A stretch of 64,000 nt of DNA from assembly GCA_964234715.1 (NCBI GenBank), contig OZ174280.1. The stretch is one strand, 5' to 3'. This stretch comes from Podarcis melisellensis (lineage: Eukaryota). Both the position numbers and the translations under genes were made by a program. This document shows, piece by piece, positions 24,848 through 35,707 of this stretch (position 1 is the first letter of the stretch; every line of letters starts with the position of its first letter). The notes under the pieces were generated by a model. The model had not been told where the DNA came from. It did not search any database and saw only the letters and a program-made list of their open reading frames with translations.

Positions 24848-25083
24848 GAGAGCTTTCCAAACTTTTTATATTGGTGACACCCTTTTTAGACAGGTATCAC
24901 TTTGCGATGTAGTAAATTCATTTTGCATCATTTCACAACACAGTAATTGTTTTACTAGCAAACCAGAGGTTAAACTTAACCTCTTTTTAGCCTCGGGAAC
25001 AGCATGGGGAGCATTCATGTGACACGCCGACACACTGCAGCCGACACACTGATGTGTCGCAACACACAGTTTGGAAAGCTCTG
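24848..25083. mobile_element. Non-autonomous hAT-like DNA transposon
   Basis: Terminal inverted repeats AGAGCTTTCCAAACT...AGTTTGGAAAGCTCTG. Confidence 0.75.
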
Positions 25084-25199
25084 TGGTAAAGTAAGGAATT
25101 GCAAACTGTGGACAGTATCCAGCTAACATGTCCCATCATCACAAGGATTTATACTTACCCCCTGCACATGCCCTGAAGGGGTTGTAGGAACCCCTAGAA

Positions 25200-25335
25200 A
25201 AGGCTTCCTCAACCTCGGCCCTCCAGATGTTTTGAGACTACAATTCCCATCATCCATGACCACTGGTCCTGCTAGCTAGGGGTCATGGGAGTTGTAGGCA
25301 AAAAACATCTGGACGGCCGAGGTTGAGGAAGCCTG
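25200..25335. mobile_element. hAT-type palindromic MITE with 8-bp target-site duplication
   Basis: AGGCTTCCTCAACCTCGGCC...GGCCGAGGTTGAGGAAGCCTG flanked by CCCTAGAA (25192-25199, 25336-25343). Confidence 0.9.
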
Positions 25336-26129
25336 CCCTAGAACATATTTAAGGGGCACACAGGTGGAAATCCTTGTGCTGGAGGGTTATGTTACTCAGG
25401 GTTACTTTAGATAACCCAGTTTTTTATTATTAACTCCTACTTAATCCTCAAAAAAACACACCAACAACACCTCAGGGCATCTCAATATAAATAATTTTAA
25501 ATGGCAGTGAACAGTTTTATGCCTTTTCTGTGTGATCTCTAATCTTTCTGAAATGTGTCTAGCAGAATTGCTCTAATAGTGTACAAAGTTAAATTCTTGC
25601 TAAGCTGCTCAGACTATGGTTTTCCTTGTTGAAAAACGAGAAGAGTCTCATAGCAGTGTAATTAGATAAGAAGAAAAAGTTCCCCTTTCTGGAAATGAGA
25701 CAGCGAGTTTATTCTATTTATTATGAAGATTTATGTTCTACCTTTTTACACAATACCTAAGTTAAGGTACTATCAAGATAAAAATACACCATAATACAAG
25801 AGAATGGGCAGTCACAAGTGGGGAGAGTGCTCTTTGACTCATGTCCTGCTTGTGGGCTTCCCATAGGTATTTAGTTGGTCACTATGAGAACAAGACGATG
25901 GAATGAAGAGCTTTTGGCCTGATCGAACAGGGCTCTCCTTACGTTCTTAATATCATATGAATCCTGCCCCTCAGTTGCTTTGTTTTCTACAAAGGTAAAG
26001 GCCCAGAGATGATGTATTGATGACTGGAATTCATAAGCAGGTTTTGAGAGATGAATTGATTCATCTAATAATACTTGGAGTGCAGACAAGGCACACTCAG
26101 GCTGCTCCTTTGGCCCAGAGGCAACTCAT

Positions 26130-26407
26130 CAACATTTTAGTGCACATTTCTCCAGATGTAGTGTTTTGTGTGCAACATTCCCCAGTATACACATTTTTGT
26201 ATGCTCACTTCACTAACATAGTGCGTTTCTATGCACACTTTCTCCTAATGTTTCTGTATTTTGGCAGACATCATTTCACTGCATTGCAAAATGCAGAGAA
26301 GTGTGAATTTCAAAGAATATCGATTTCAGTTTGTGCTGTATCAGGAAGTGCAAATTAGGGAGTAATCATATCAAAGTGCAATCTGAATTGAAATTATCCC
26401 CCATCCA
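26130..26407. mobile_element. Partial lizard interspersed repeat (hAT-like end ...CCCCCATCC), homologous to 35281-35707
   Basis: Shared ~30-bp internal 'CACATTTTTG..TGC' subrepeats and shared terminal region between the two copies. Confidence 0.6.
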
Positions 26408-26439
26408 AACTTCCCCCCTTTGTTCAACTGCTAAAGTTC

Positions 26440-26565
26440 ACAGTGACCGGCCGTGGTAGAATTATGACATCAGAGGAAAATCAGCCAATCGCTGCCTTCC
26501 TTTTTTGTCCCTTCGCATTCCCTCATTCAGGCAGGGCTTGATTTACTAGCCCATCGAACAAGGCA
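26440..26565 (+). promoter_or_regulatory. Putative UBL4B proximal promoter
   Basis: CRE-like TGACATCA at 26465-26472 and CCAAT at 26485-26489, about 80-100 bp upstream of the ATG; no CpG island. Confidence 0.5.
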
Positions 26566-27138
26566 ATGCTGCTCACAGTGAAGAGGCTGCTTGGGCAGCA
26601 GTGCCGCCTTCAGGTATCTGGTGAGGAGAGGATCTCTCTGGTGAAAAGCCTGGTGTGTGAAGAGCTCAATGTCCCTGAGAACCAGCAGACCCTGTTGTTC
26701 CAGGGGAAAGTGCTGGAGGGGGAGCACAAATTATCAGACTATCTCATTGGCCCAGAGTCCATCCTCTATCTGGTCATTAAAAAACCTGAGCAAGCTCATC
26801 CTGAGGCGCCCTCAAAGCCGACGGCTGCCCAGCCCCACTCAGTGTGGTATCGACTCTCGCAAGTCCTGGAGAAACATTTCAGAACTTCCGACGCAGTGAG
26901 GGTTCTCGAGCGGGTGCTGAACGACTACTACAAAGGCCTTGGCTTGCTGAGCCTGGAAAACATCGAAGAGTTAGCAGGGGACCTCCTAAGTCCCAAGGAA
27001 GGTGAAGGTGAACCGGTGGCTACAGGTGAGCAAAAGGGGCAACCCAAAACCCCAGTGTCTGAATCCAGGAAGGATAAAGCGACCCAGACTGAGCCACAAG
27101 AAATGCTAGGAGGAAGGTGGTGCTGGAAGAACTCTTGA
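26566..27138 (+). CDS. UBL4B: Ubiquitin-like protein 4B-like (UBL4A/GET5 family), single exon, 190 aa
   Basis: N-terminal UBL domain (MLLTVKRLLGQQCRLQVSG...QQTLLFQGK...LSDYLIGP) plus UBL4-family C-terminal domain (VWYRLSQVLEKHF...SLENIEELA). Intronless, located between STRIP1 and SLC6A17 as in mammals; ATTAAA at 27169-27174. Confidence 0.85.
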   Translation: MLLTVKRLLGQQCRLQVSGEERISLVKSLVCEELNVPENQQTLLFQGKVLEGEHKLSDYLIGPESILYLVIKKPEQAHPEAPSKPTAAQPHSVWYRLSQVLEKHFRTSDAVRVLERVLNDYYKGLGLLSLENIEELAGDLLSPKEGEGEPVATGEQKGQPKTPVSESRKDKATQTEPQEMLGGRWCWKNS

Positions 27139-28574
27139 GTAGACTTATTTAGAGAGGTCTAAGCGAAAATTAAAATAGTGATGGTGTATGGAACATGGAG
27201 CTGTGTCTTTATGTACCAAGGAGGAAGGAGGTTTAGTAAATGAAGATGACCATTTTTAAAAGGACCAGAGCTTCAGTTGGTATTGAAACTAGTGCTGTGC
27301 CAGATTTTTCACAGGCAAACAGTTTTGGCATGAAAGGGAAAGCTAAAAGTTCACTCAACAGCCCCTGAATGTGTTTACCCTTACTGACTGCTGCTTTGGT
27401 GCCATTCCCCCCCCCCTCCACCCCGCCCCAGGCATCTCATTTCTGGCTGTGTGATCCCAGCTAACTGGCTGCCTTGTTCCTAGTGTGGTGATGCCATGGC
27501 ACCACACAGCAAATCAGAGCTGGCGATGTCCAATTTTCCTAAGGCCAAATGAAGCCCTAATTTACACTCACTCTTGAGTGAAGGAAGCCTGCATTGCCTC
27601 AGTGCTCCCTGTGTTATCATACTGTACTGGCCATTTAATTGTCTGACAGAACAGTAAGGCAGGATGCATCAGCACCATTGTCTTGGCAGCAGGTTGATAT
27701 GTTCTGTCTTCTCCCACAAATAGGTTTTTTTGGGGGGGAGCCACACCCTGAAAAATCACCATAAGTGGGGCATTCTGAGGGAGGTGCAAAAAGACCTATG
27801 AATACAGTCCCCCCGTTTCAGACCTGCCTCTATCATAGGTTTATCTCCTCCACCGCTACCATCAAACTAGGCTTGTATCTAGGTACATGTAAGGCAGCAT
27901 GTGCTTCACTGATACATGGTCCTTGGTTCCATCTTTGGCATGGCTATTTAAAATACTGGTGTCCAAACAGTGGAAGATCTCTAGCAAGACTACATGAACT
28001 GGTTGAGCCTGAAAGCCCTGGTTGAGATGGACAATTGTCCTTGTACACCCTCTCTCTGTACATTGAATCAAACATCATTTTCTTAAAGTCAGTGTGTCAT
28101 ATGGGAGCATATGGCTGGCTGGCTTCCCAGGACCACAGGCAGGAATTCTAGCATTTCTGTGGCAGCTTCCCAATTTTGTGCTGGAGCTGAAGCAAACAGT
28201 TGAAGAACGATTCCCAGGATCCATTTTACATGTTTCCCCCAGCAAATGTATTGGATTCTGCATGAAAAGTGCCTGTTCCCCTACCTCCAAGTAGAGCTAT
28301 TCCACTCCACTTCCCAAGAAAGCAGTCTCCCAATTAGTAGTGGGTTGTTGTTTCTTCACATATACTAAGCTGGTATCAGCAAGCTGCTTCTGAAATGCTC
28401 GTTTTGACATGGTTCCCAGCTTGTCATTGCGTTCCTCCACTGAGTTAACTACCCAAGAACTAACCCAGAAGTGAAGGAATGTTTTCAGAACTGGAGATTA
28501 AAACTGACATTTCACTACAGAGGTAGTGGGGCAATTAAAGCACCAGACTTGTGAAGAGTGCTACACCCTGCTGT

Positions 28575-28932
28575 GGAGATGAGATTGCTGTCTTCAAACA
28601 TCTAAAAGGTTGCCATGCAGAGAGTGGAACAGACTTATTCTCTGTTGCTCCAGAGGGCAGGACCAGAGCCAATGGGTGGAAATTGCAGCGAAGCAGATCT
28701 TGCATAAAAATGAGGAGAAACACCCTAACAGTAAGCGCTGTTCAACATCGGAACAGACTGCCTCAAGAAGTGGGCGGCTGGGGAGAGGGGCGGATGGCTA
28801 TCTTTTGCGAGAGGAATTTGAGGAGGGCCTGGATCTCTCATGGATGCTGTAATTGCATCCTGCATTATAGATGTTACACTGAGGCAACAGGTTGGACTCG
28901 ATGACCTAAGGTCTCGTCTGACTTTTTGATTC
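28575..28932 (+). mobile_element. CR1 LINE 3' fragment
   Basis: Peptide GDEIAVFKHLKGCH...LFSVAPEGRTRANGWKLQ...TVSAVQHRNRLPQEV matches the CR1 ORF2 C-terminus; GGTTGGACTCGATGACC 3' UTR motif. Confidence 0.9.
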
Positions 28933-30364
28933 ACATGCGCATGACATCAAATTGTCTCATGGGGAGGGACATACTTTAAACATAAAACCCTACAAATGTT
29001 AAAATGGTATCTTCATGCCACCACATCTCTTGTCAGCCAAAGCCAAAAAGAGTTTTACATTGCTTTTGGGCTATATTAACGTAAGGGGGAGGATATTCCA
29101 CAGCTGAGAGATAGACATGGAGAATACCTCCTTGTCTCCTTGCAGTTCTTACCTGGCATATATATGGTAAATTTAGTCCATCTTAGAAAGTGTGATGGAC
29201 CATAATTAGAGCCAGGCTCAGGTATAGATGTTGAATCAAAGGTGTAATATGTGCCAGCAGCTCCAATAGAGCTGTTCAGATCAAAGGACGAGCCATAGTT
29301 TGTCTGAAGTGATTCAGTGCATGATGAAGTCTGCAGCCACCACATTTTGGACAACATTTGAGCTTGCCCAAACATTGATTGCTGAAGAGAATCAAGAAAA
29401 CTTAATTCTTTTTTATTCTCATCACTCAGTGACTGCAGAAGTCATCAAACCACCCTGAGATCTACAGATGGAGGATGATCTGCTGCTACTACTACTAAGT
29501 ACTGGAAAAAAGAGCAACTATGTTTGCAGAACCATAGTGTGTCTCCCAGCCCTAGGGTATTATTATTTTATGTCTTTTCATAAGAGAAAATTAATGCCCA
29601 TGTAGAAAAAGTGTCCCTTTGGTAATATATAAAGGGTTGCCTGAGTGTCATTTTTGCAACAGGTACATGCATGTCTGTCATGACTGCCCATCCCATGGAT
29701 CCACCTTCTCTAGACATTACAAAATGCACACCTTTTCCTGTATTGTGCAATGGCCACCCAGATGTTCTTGGACTCCAGCTGCCCTCATTCCTGACCCTTG
29801 GCCATGCTGGCTAGGGCTGATGGGAGCTGGGACTGACAAGAGGTGAATCTGGAGGATCACAGGCTCCCCCCCCCCCGCTATATGAAAATTGATTTTTCAT
29901 ATATGGAAAAGTAATATGGGAAGGAGCCAAAGATCACATATTTATGTAATATTGGCTGTTACAGCAAGAGTGCTGTGCATTGAACTTTTCCTAGGCATTG
30001 AAACAATCAAGCTCAGCACCATGCACCACTGGTCTAATAACAGCGTTGTAGGCACTCTGCCCTCCACTGTTCCCATCAAACCACCAAACATTCCTTTGGG
30101 GTAAAATTAAATTGGCAGTAACCAAGTGCTTAATTAGCATGCAGTAGTAATTCTGTTTGTAAACACCAAAGCCAGAGGAATGAAATTTGAAGTAGCCGTG
30201 GAAGGTGGAATTGTTTAATGAGATGAAACGCATAAAAAGGACTGAGGGAGAGAAAAATCTGTCAGTAATATAGCCAACACTGGAGCTAATATGTCTGCAT
30301 CTGTGCCTATATGAGGAACACGAAAAGTGGGAGCTTTGGCCAGGCAGTGTCCCCTCAACAAAGG

Positions 30365-31395
30365 GCTGTTGTATGTTGGCAGCAGGCTGCTCCACTAACT
30401 AGATGCTGCCTTCAGCCCCAGCTTCAGCTTCCTGACCAGACCTCAGGGCAGTTTCCCATCGAGTGCATTGCAGTGAGCTAATGTTGAGGTTACTGCTGCA
30501 TAGACCCCTGTGTGTCCAAGCTTTTCCTGCCCAGGAATGGTGGTCGCTGGCGTCCCAGCCAAAGGTGAGAAAAGGGACACAAGCAGTGATGATGGATCAA
30601 TGATGATTGTTGTTGTTTAGTTGTTTAGTCGTGTCCGACTCTTCGTGACCCCATGGACCAGAGCACGCCAGGCACTCCTGTCTTCCACTGCCTCCCGCAG
30701 TTTGGTCAAACTCATGCTGGTAGCTTTGAGAACACTGTCCAACCATCTCGTCCTCTGTCATCCCCTTCTCCTTGTGCCCTCCATCTTTCCCAACATCAGG
30801 GTCTTTTCCAGGGAGTCTTCTCTTCTCATGAGGTGGCCAAAGTATTAGAGCCTCAGCTTCACGATCTGTCCTTCCAGTGAGCACTCAGGGCTGATTTCCT
30901 TAAGAATGGAAAGGTTTGATCTTCTTGCAGTCCATGGGACTCTTCATGGATCACTGCCTTGCCGTGGCGAAGGGGCTTGAATAACTCAGAGAAGCTATGA
31001 GCTATGCCGTGCAGGGCCACCCAAGATGGACAGGTCATAGTGGAGAGTTTTGACCAAATGTGATCCACCTCGTCCTCTGTCGTCCCCTTCTCCTTGTGCC
31101 CTCCATCTTTCCCAATATCAGGGTCTTTTCCAGGGAATCTTCTCTTCTAATGAGGTGGCCAGTGATGATTACCTCCAAGCTATATACCTGATCCTAAGGG
31201 AAAACAGTCCTTTCCAGAGCAGCCAACTGATCTATCACTCAGAACCACAAACGGCTCACCCGCTGCTGGGCCCCATTCTTGCCAGGATTCAGTCTCAGTT
31301 TATTGGTCCTCATTCCACCCAGCGCTATATACACCAAGGTGCTTGTATGAAATTGCACAGCCTCACCTGATTCAGATGTTACGGAGAAATAGAGG
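30365..31395 (-). mobile_element. L2-type LINE fragment split by the BovB insertion (pieces ~30365-30593 and ~31170-31395)
   Basis: GCCAGGATTCAGTCTCAGTTTATTGGTCCTCATTCCA is homologous to the 9481-9520 L2 RT segment; the left piece resembles 9120-9330. Confidence 0.65.
30606..31161. mobile_element. BovB (RTE clade LINE) composite insertion: 3' end (-), 5' UTR piece (+), duplicated 3' piece (-)
   Basis: Minus strand GAGTCGGACACGACTAAACAACTAAACAACAAC tail; plus strand CATGGATCACTGCC...GGGCCACCCAAGATGGACAGGTCAT 5' region; 93-bp internal direct repeat. Confidence 0.85.
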
Positions 31396-33064
31396 GAAAT
31401 GGGGGAGAGTCATTTTGTTTGACTAAATATAGATCTTAAGCACCCTTCTGAGCACTTGCCTTTTCACGTGCTGAGAGACGCTGCTGTGGTATGGTCCTGA
31501 TTTAGGGTGATTCGAGAGGAAATGATGCTTTCATGACCACCGAAGGACAATGGTGAAGAAGAACATCACCTCCCTCCCTCCATCTGCTCATACTGCAGTT
31601 TAGTGAGCATTAATTGCCTTATGATGGGAAGAACGAGAGCACGCCGGACAGTAATAGTCTAATCCCTGAAAACCGACAAAACAAGGTCCTGTTGAGATGG
31701 AGAAGCGCGTGACGTCAAGGAGAGGCTTAAAATATACTCCCGGGTTGAGGGAAGAAATCACATGACAGTTGTGAAACATGAGCTGCCCTTTTGAAGCACA
31801 AACCTAGGCAGAAGATTAAAGGGTGTGAGGGCAGGAGAGTAAAATTGCAGCTACTAAAACATTGTTTCTTTTCCATCATTTTCTGAAGGCTCTGGCAGCA
31901 TCCAGGGAGCCAGAACAGAATTATTTCATTCAGTGTACGGCCTTTTTGTACAAATGGCTGGCTAACCAGTTCCCCATCTGCTTTGCTTAACTTCCCCAGC
32001 TAGGCAGCCAATGAAATAAAAGCCGGGAGCAGTTCCTGGAAAGGGATAGAATTGAAGGGACCAGCTGCTGGTTCATGTTTGACTGCTCCCTATTAGCTGT
32101 TGCAGCTGGTTGATGAATGGAGCTCAGAACTGCATCCTTCAGCTTGCTTGCTTATTTGCAATTAACTATGGACTGTTTGCCTCGGCTTGCTTATTGGCTT
32201 GACATTAAATCTATCCCTTCGTTTAGCTGAAGGCTTATATATTTTGTGAATTTTAGCCAGAATCATTAGAATTAGCGCTGTGTAAAAAACAAACAAACAA
32301 AAGCCTCCCAGTGTTTTTCAGTTATTCTCCATCAATAAATAAAGAATGATTTTCTCCTAGGTGGGGTGCTGGGTTTTTGCTGCACTTAACTTACTTTTGA
32401 GGTGGCTGGAGGGTATTTCTGTGAGTGTTGTTCTTTCATTCTCCAAATCATCTCCCTGGTGGTCTGCACTCTGCAACCTTCCCAAGTGCCCCTACATATG
32501 GTTTTGAGGAACTGCAGGATGGGAAGACAACAGGCCATCCAGGGGTTGTTCTATAATGGAAGAGGACATTAATTCATGTCCTCCCCACCCCAAAGCCACT
32601 TGTAAGTAAATGCAATCTCTTCTAAACCTAGAAGTTCCTAGAATTTCACCCTGAGATAAAAGGCATATGATAAACCACCCTCTTTCACAAGAGATAATGA
32701 TTATCTGGAAATGTAAAGGCAGGACTTGGCACAGGGCTAGTGAAAATGGGATCATCATATTCAAAAGCTGTGAGCCTGTAGTTGATGTGGTGGTGTCTAC
32801 CTCTCTCATTTGAACATAAGAACTCAAAAAGATATTTCATGGATCAGGCCAAGGGCCCATGTAGTCTGGCGTCCTGTACCCCCAGTGAACAACCACAAGT
32901 ATGTAGAAAGCCTGTGAGCAAGAACTGAATGCAACAGCACTCTCCCTATTTGTGATTCCCAGCAGAGACATACTTCCTCTGACAGTGGAAGTGGTGTGTG
33001 TGTGTGTCTTTGGACTTGTGTTTGTTGGGGTTCTGGGCAAGATGAGCTTTTGCTCTGACCCAGC

Positions 33065-33186
33065 CAGGGGTGGGGAACCCAGTGGCTTCCAGATGTTGCT
33101 GGACTAGGGCTCCCATCATCCCTTCTTATTGACCAGGCTGTGTGGGAAAGGTAGGTGCTGGAATCCAAGAACATCTGGAGGGCCAC
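33065..33186. mobile_element. Lizard hAT-type palindromic MITE (one end truncated)
   Basis: CAGGGGTGGGGAACC...CCAGATGTTGCTGGACT...AACATCTGGAGGGCCAC. Confidence 0.75.
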
Positions 33187-35280
33187 TAGATTCTAATACC
33201 TGAGCAAGGCAGTGCCACATTTGCATGCAAGTTGCCATGCTAAAATCTGCCCTGATAATGTAGGGCTTGTTCCCGCAGTCACATTCTGTGTGGTGTAGTT
33301 TCTTCAGCATCAGTAATGTGCCTCTGCAATGAACTTTGGGAAGCTGAACTAGTCCTGTGAATGCTTTGATGCTTGTTGCAGAATCTGCTCCCTACTTATG
33401 TCATGAAAAGTATTGTGGAAAGTAAGTCAGACCATGCATGAATTGTGACCAGGATACACACTGGATTCACTGGATACACTTTAATCTGCCAGGAAAGTTA
33501 ACGTAGTTTTGGCTTTCCTCTGTAAGAAATGGTTGTCTGAGTGAGCCCCCAGACAACTCTACAGAAATCCAGGGCATTCAAAGGTGGGGGCAATTTACTT
33601 CCGGAAAAAAAGACAGAGGCTCTTTTCTCTAGTCTAGGGAATAGTTCTTCCTAGTTTGTCCATAGGGTAAACCCAACCTTATTGCATTTTTCATTCAGCT
33701 GAAATTAGAACAGAGCACAGTACTAATTAGAAGTGTAGTCAATGCAGAGTAACATTACACGATTGCTTTCTACATCTTTCTGAGCTTAGTGCTTCTCAAA
33801 TAAATCGGCACTTGCTATTCCCGTAATGGCATCATGATGACTCATGTTCAGAGTGTAACTCTCTGTACCACCCCAGTTGTAAGTGTAAAGTGATTCCTCC
33901 TTTTGCCTTTATGTAGCAGCAAATTATTTCTCATTTTGTATGTCGGCATACCAGTGTTGCACTGCATGAATGTACACTAGCGTCAGGGGGCATTCCCCTT
34001 GCCTCTAGAAACCTCAGAGAGAAACAGCTGAAACCTGAAGAAAATCATCTTTGTCAACTCTCGCTGGCATTTTATAAGGCATCCTCAGGATCTCTAAAAG
34101 ACAAAATAACATGAGGGTGCAGATTCCAAAGGGGAAGCTATTTCCTTGCTTCCAGTCTCCTCCTCTCTGTACCATTGAAAAGGGGCTTAAATCCAGAGCA
34201 GGGAGGCATAACATTTTATTCCTAGCGTGTTAATGTCTAGCACACTGGGGCATCCATTTACTATGTTGCTTCTTCAGAAAGCACTAGCATGTCTGCTGCT
34301 GGGACAGCCATCTAAATGGGTTACTGACCTGACAAGGTGGGCTACTTCCTGGTCTTAAAGATGGCAGCTGAAGCCTGAAAAGGCGCAATTTAGAGAAAAC
34401 TCAGACAGTCACGATGTCTGCATCGTAACCAAAGAAACTGCGCTTGCTGAGCATTTCCCTGCTGCATACAACTCTCAAAGGGCTCATGGGATGAGGAGAT
34501 GGCAGCTTCAGCTCTGACCCAGTCTTGTTACTATTAAAACACCACCTTTTTCCTGAATGCTAGCCTGTTTCCTAAAACAGCAGCCTGCAAAATCCTCTCT
34601 CGTCAGCATCCATACTTGCCAAGATCAGTCTTTATCTCCTTGTGTTTTGACTTTCCTTTCCACAAAGACCCAAATGTTGATTTCTCCAAATTATTGCCTC
34701 CCCCCGCCCTCATCCTACCTTCCCTCTCCGTCATCTTGAAACAGCTATGAATGAATGGCTGGTGGTCATGTGATTCTGTCACCATGGAGACACATGGCAG
34801 CTGTAAGATGTAAGAATCAGGATCATAGGAGGGCGGCTGCATAACCAGCAAGTTATTTATAGGTTGCTGTTTGTGAATTTATGGAATCACATCTGTCTTT
34901 GAGCATCATGTTTCATATTCACTCTGATTCCGGTGGGCCAGGGCATTATTCTTTACAAGCGTGCATTATACAAATCCCCCAAGTCTATGAATTAATCCAG
35001 AGAAGGGAGGGTTCTCGGTAGCTTATACAATCTCTGAGCAAGCTTAGATCAGGCTGGTTTAAAATTCACATTAATTTTTTCATCATGAGATCCTCTCACA
35101 AACCTACTCAGACTTCTCAATACATGGGTCAAACCACATCTTTGAACATAAGCTGCTGATGGCTGCTCCATGAACACATGAAGGAAAAGTCATACAGCAA
35201 CCCATGATCGTTTCTTAAACAAAGAGATTTCTTTTTGGTTTTTCCAAAAAACCAAGGCGAGATGTGGGATCACCTATTAC

Positions 35281-35707
35281 AGGGTTGAATCTGAGAATTT
35301 TTGGTTGCTCGGTTTCTCATTTTTCAAATCTTAAATTCAGTTCTGCAGCAATCTTTGAATTAAAAAAAATTGTCATGAAAATTATTCAGTATTTTAATGC
35401 AAATTTCTCCTAATAAACACATTTTTGAATGAAATTTTAGCTGATGTACACATTTTTGCAAACATTCTTTCCAAATATGATGCATATTTGTTTGCTATTT
35501 TCACCAATATATTCTTTTTTATGCACACTTTAACCGCATATTTGATATTTTGCAAACACTGGTTGGTTGGGAACTGCATCACAAAATTTGGATGAGTGCA
35601 AATTTCAAAGTTTAGTTCTGTTTTGTTTCTTGCCTTGTTTTGGAAAGTGAGAATCTGATGGATTCCCCTCTAAATGTGAACTGAATCAATATTCTCCCCC
35701 ATCCCTA
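35281..35707. mobile_element. Lizard interspersed repeat, hAT-like non-autonomous element
   Basis: Ends in ...CTCCCCCATCCCTA; internal subrepeats; second copy at 26130-26407. Confidence 0.6.
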
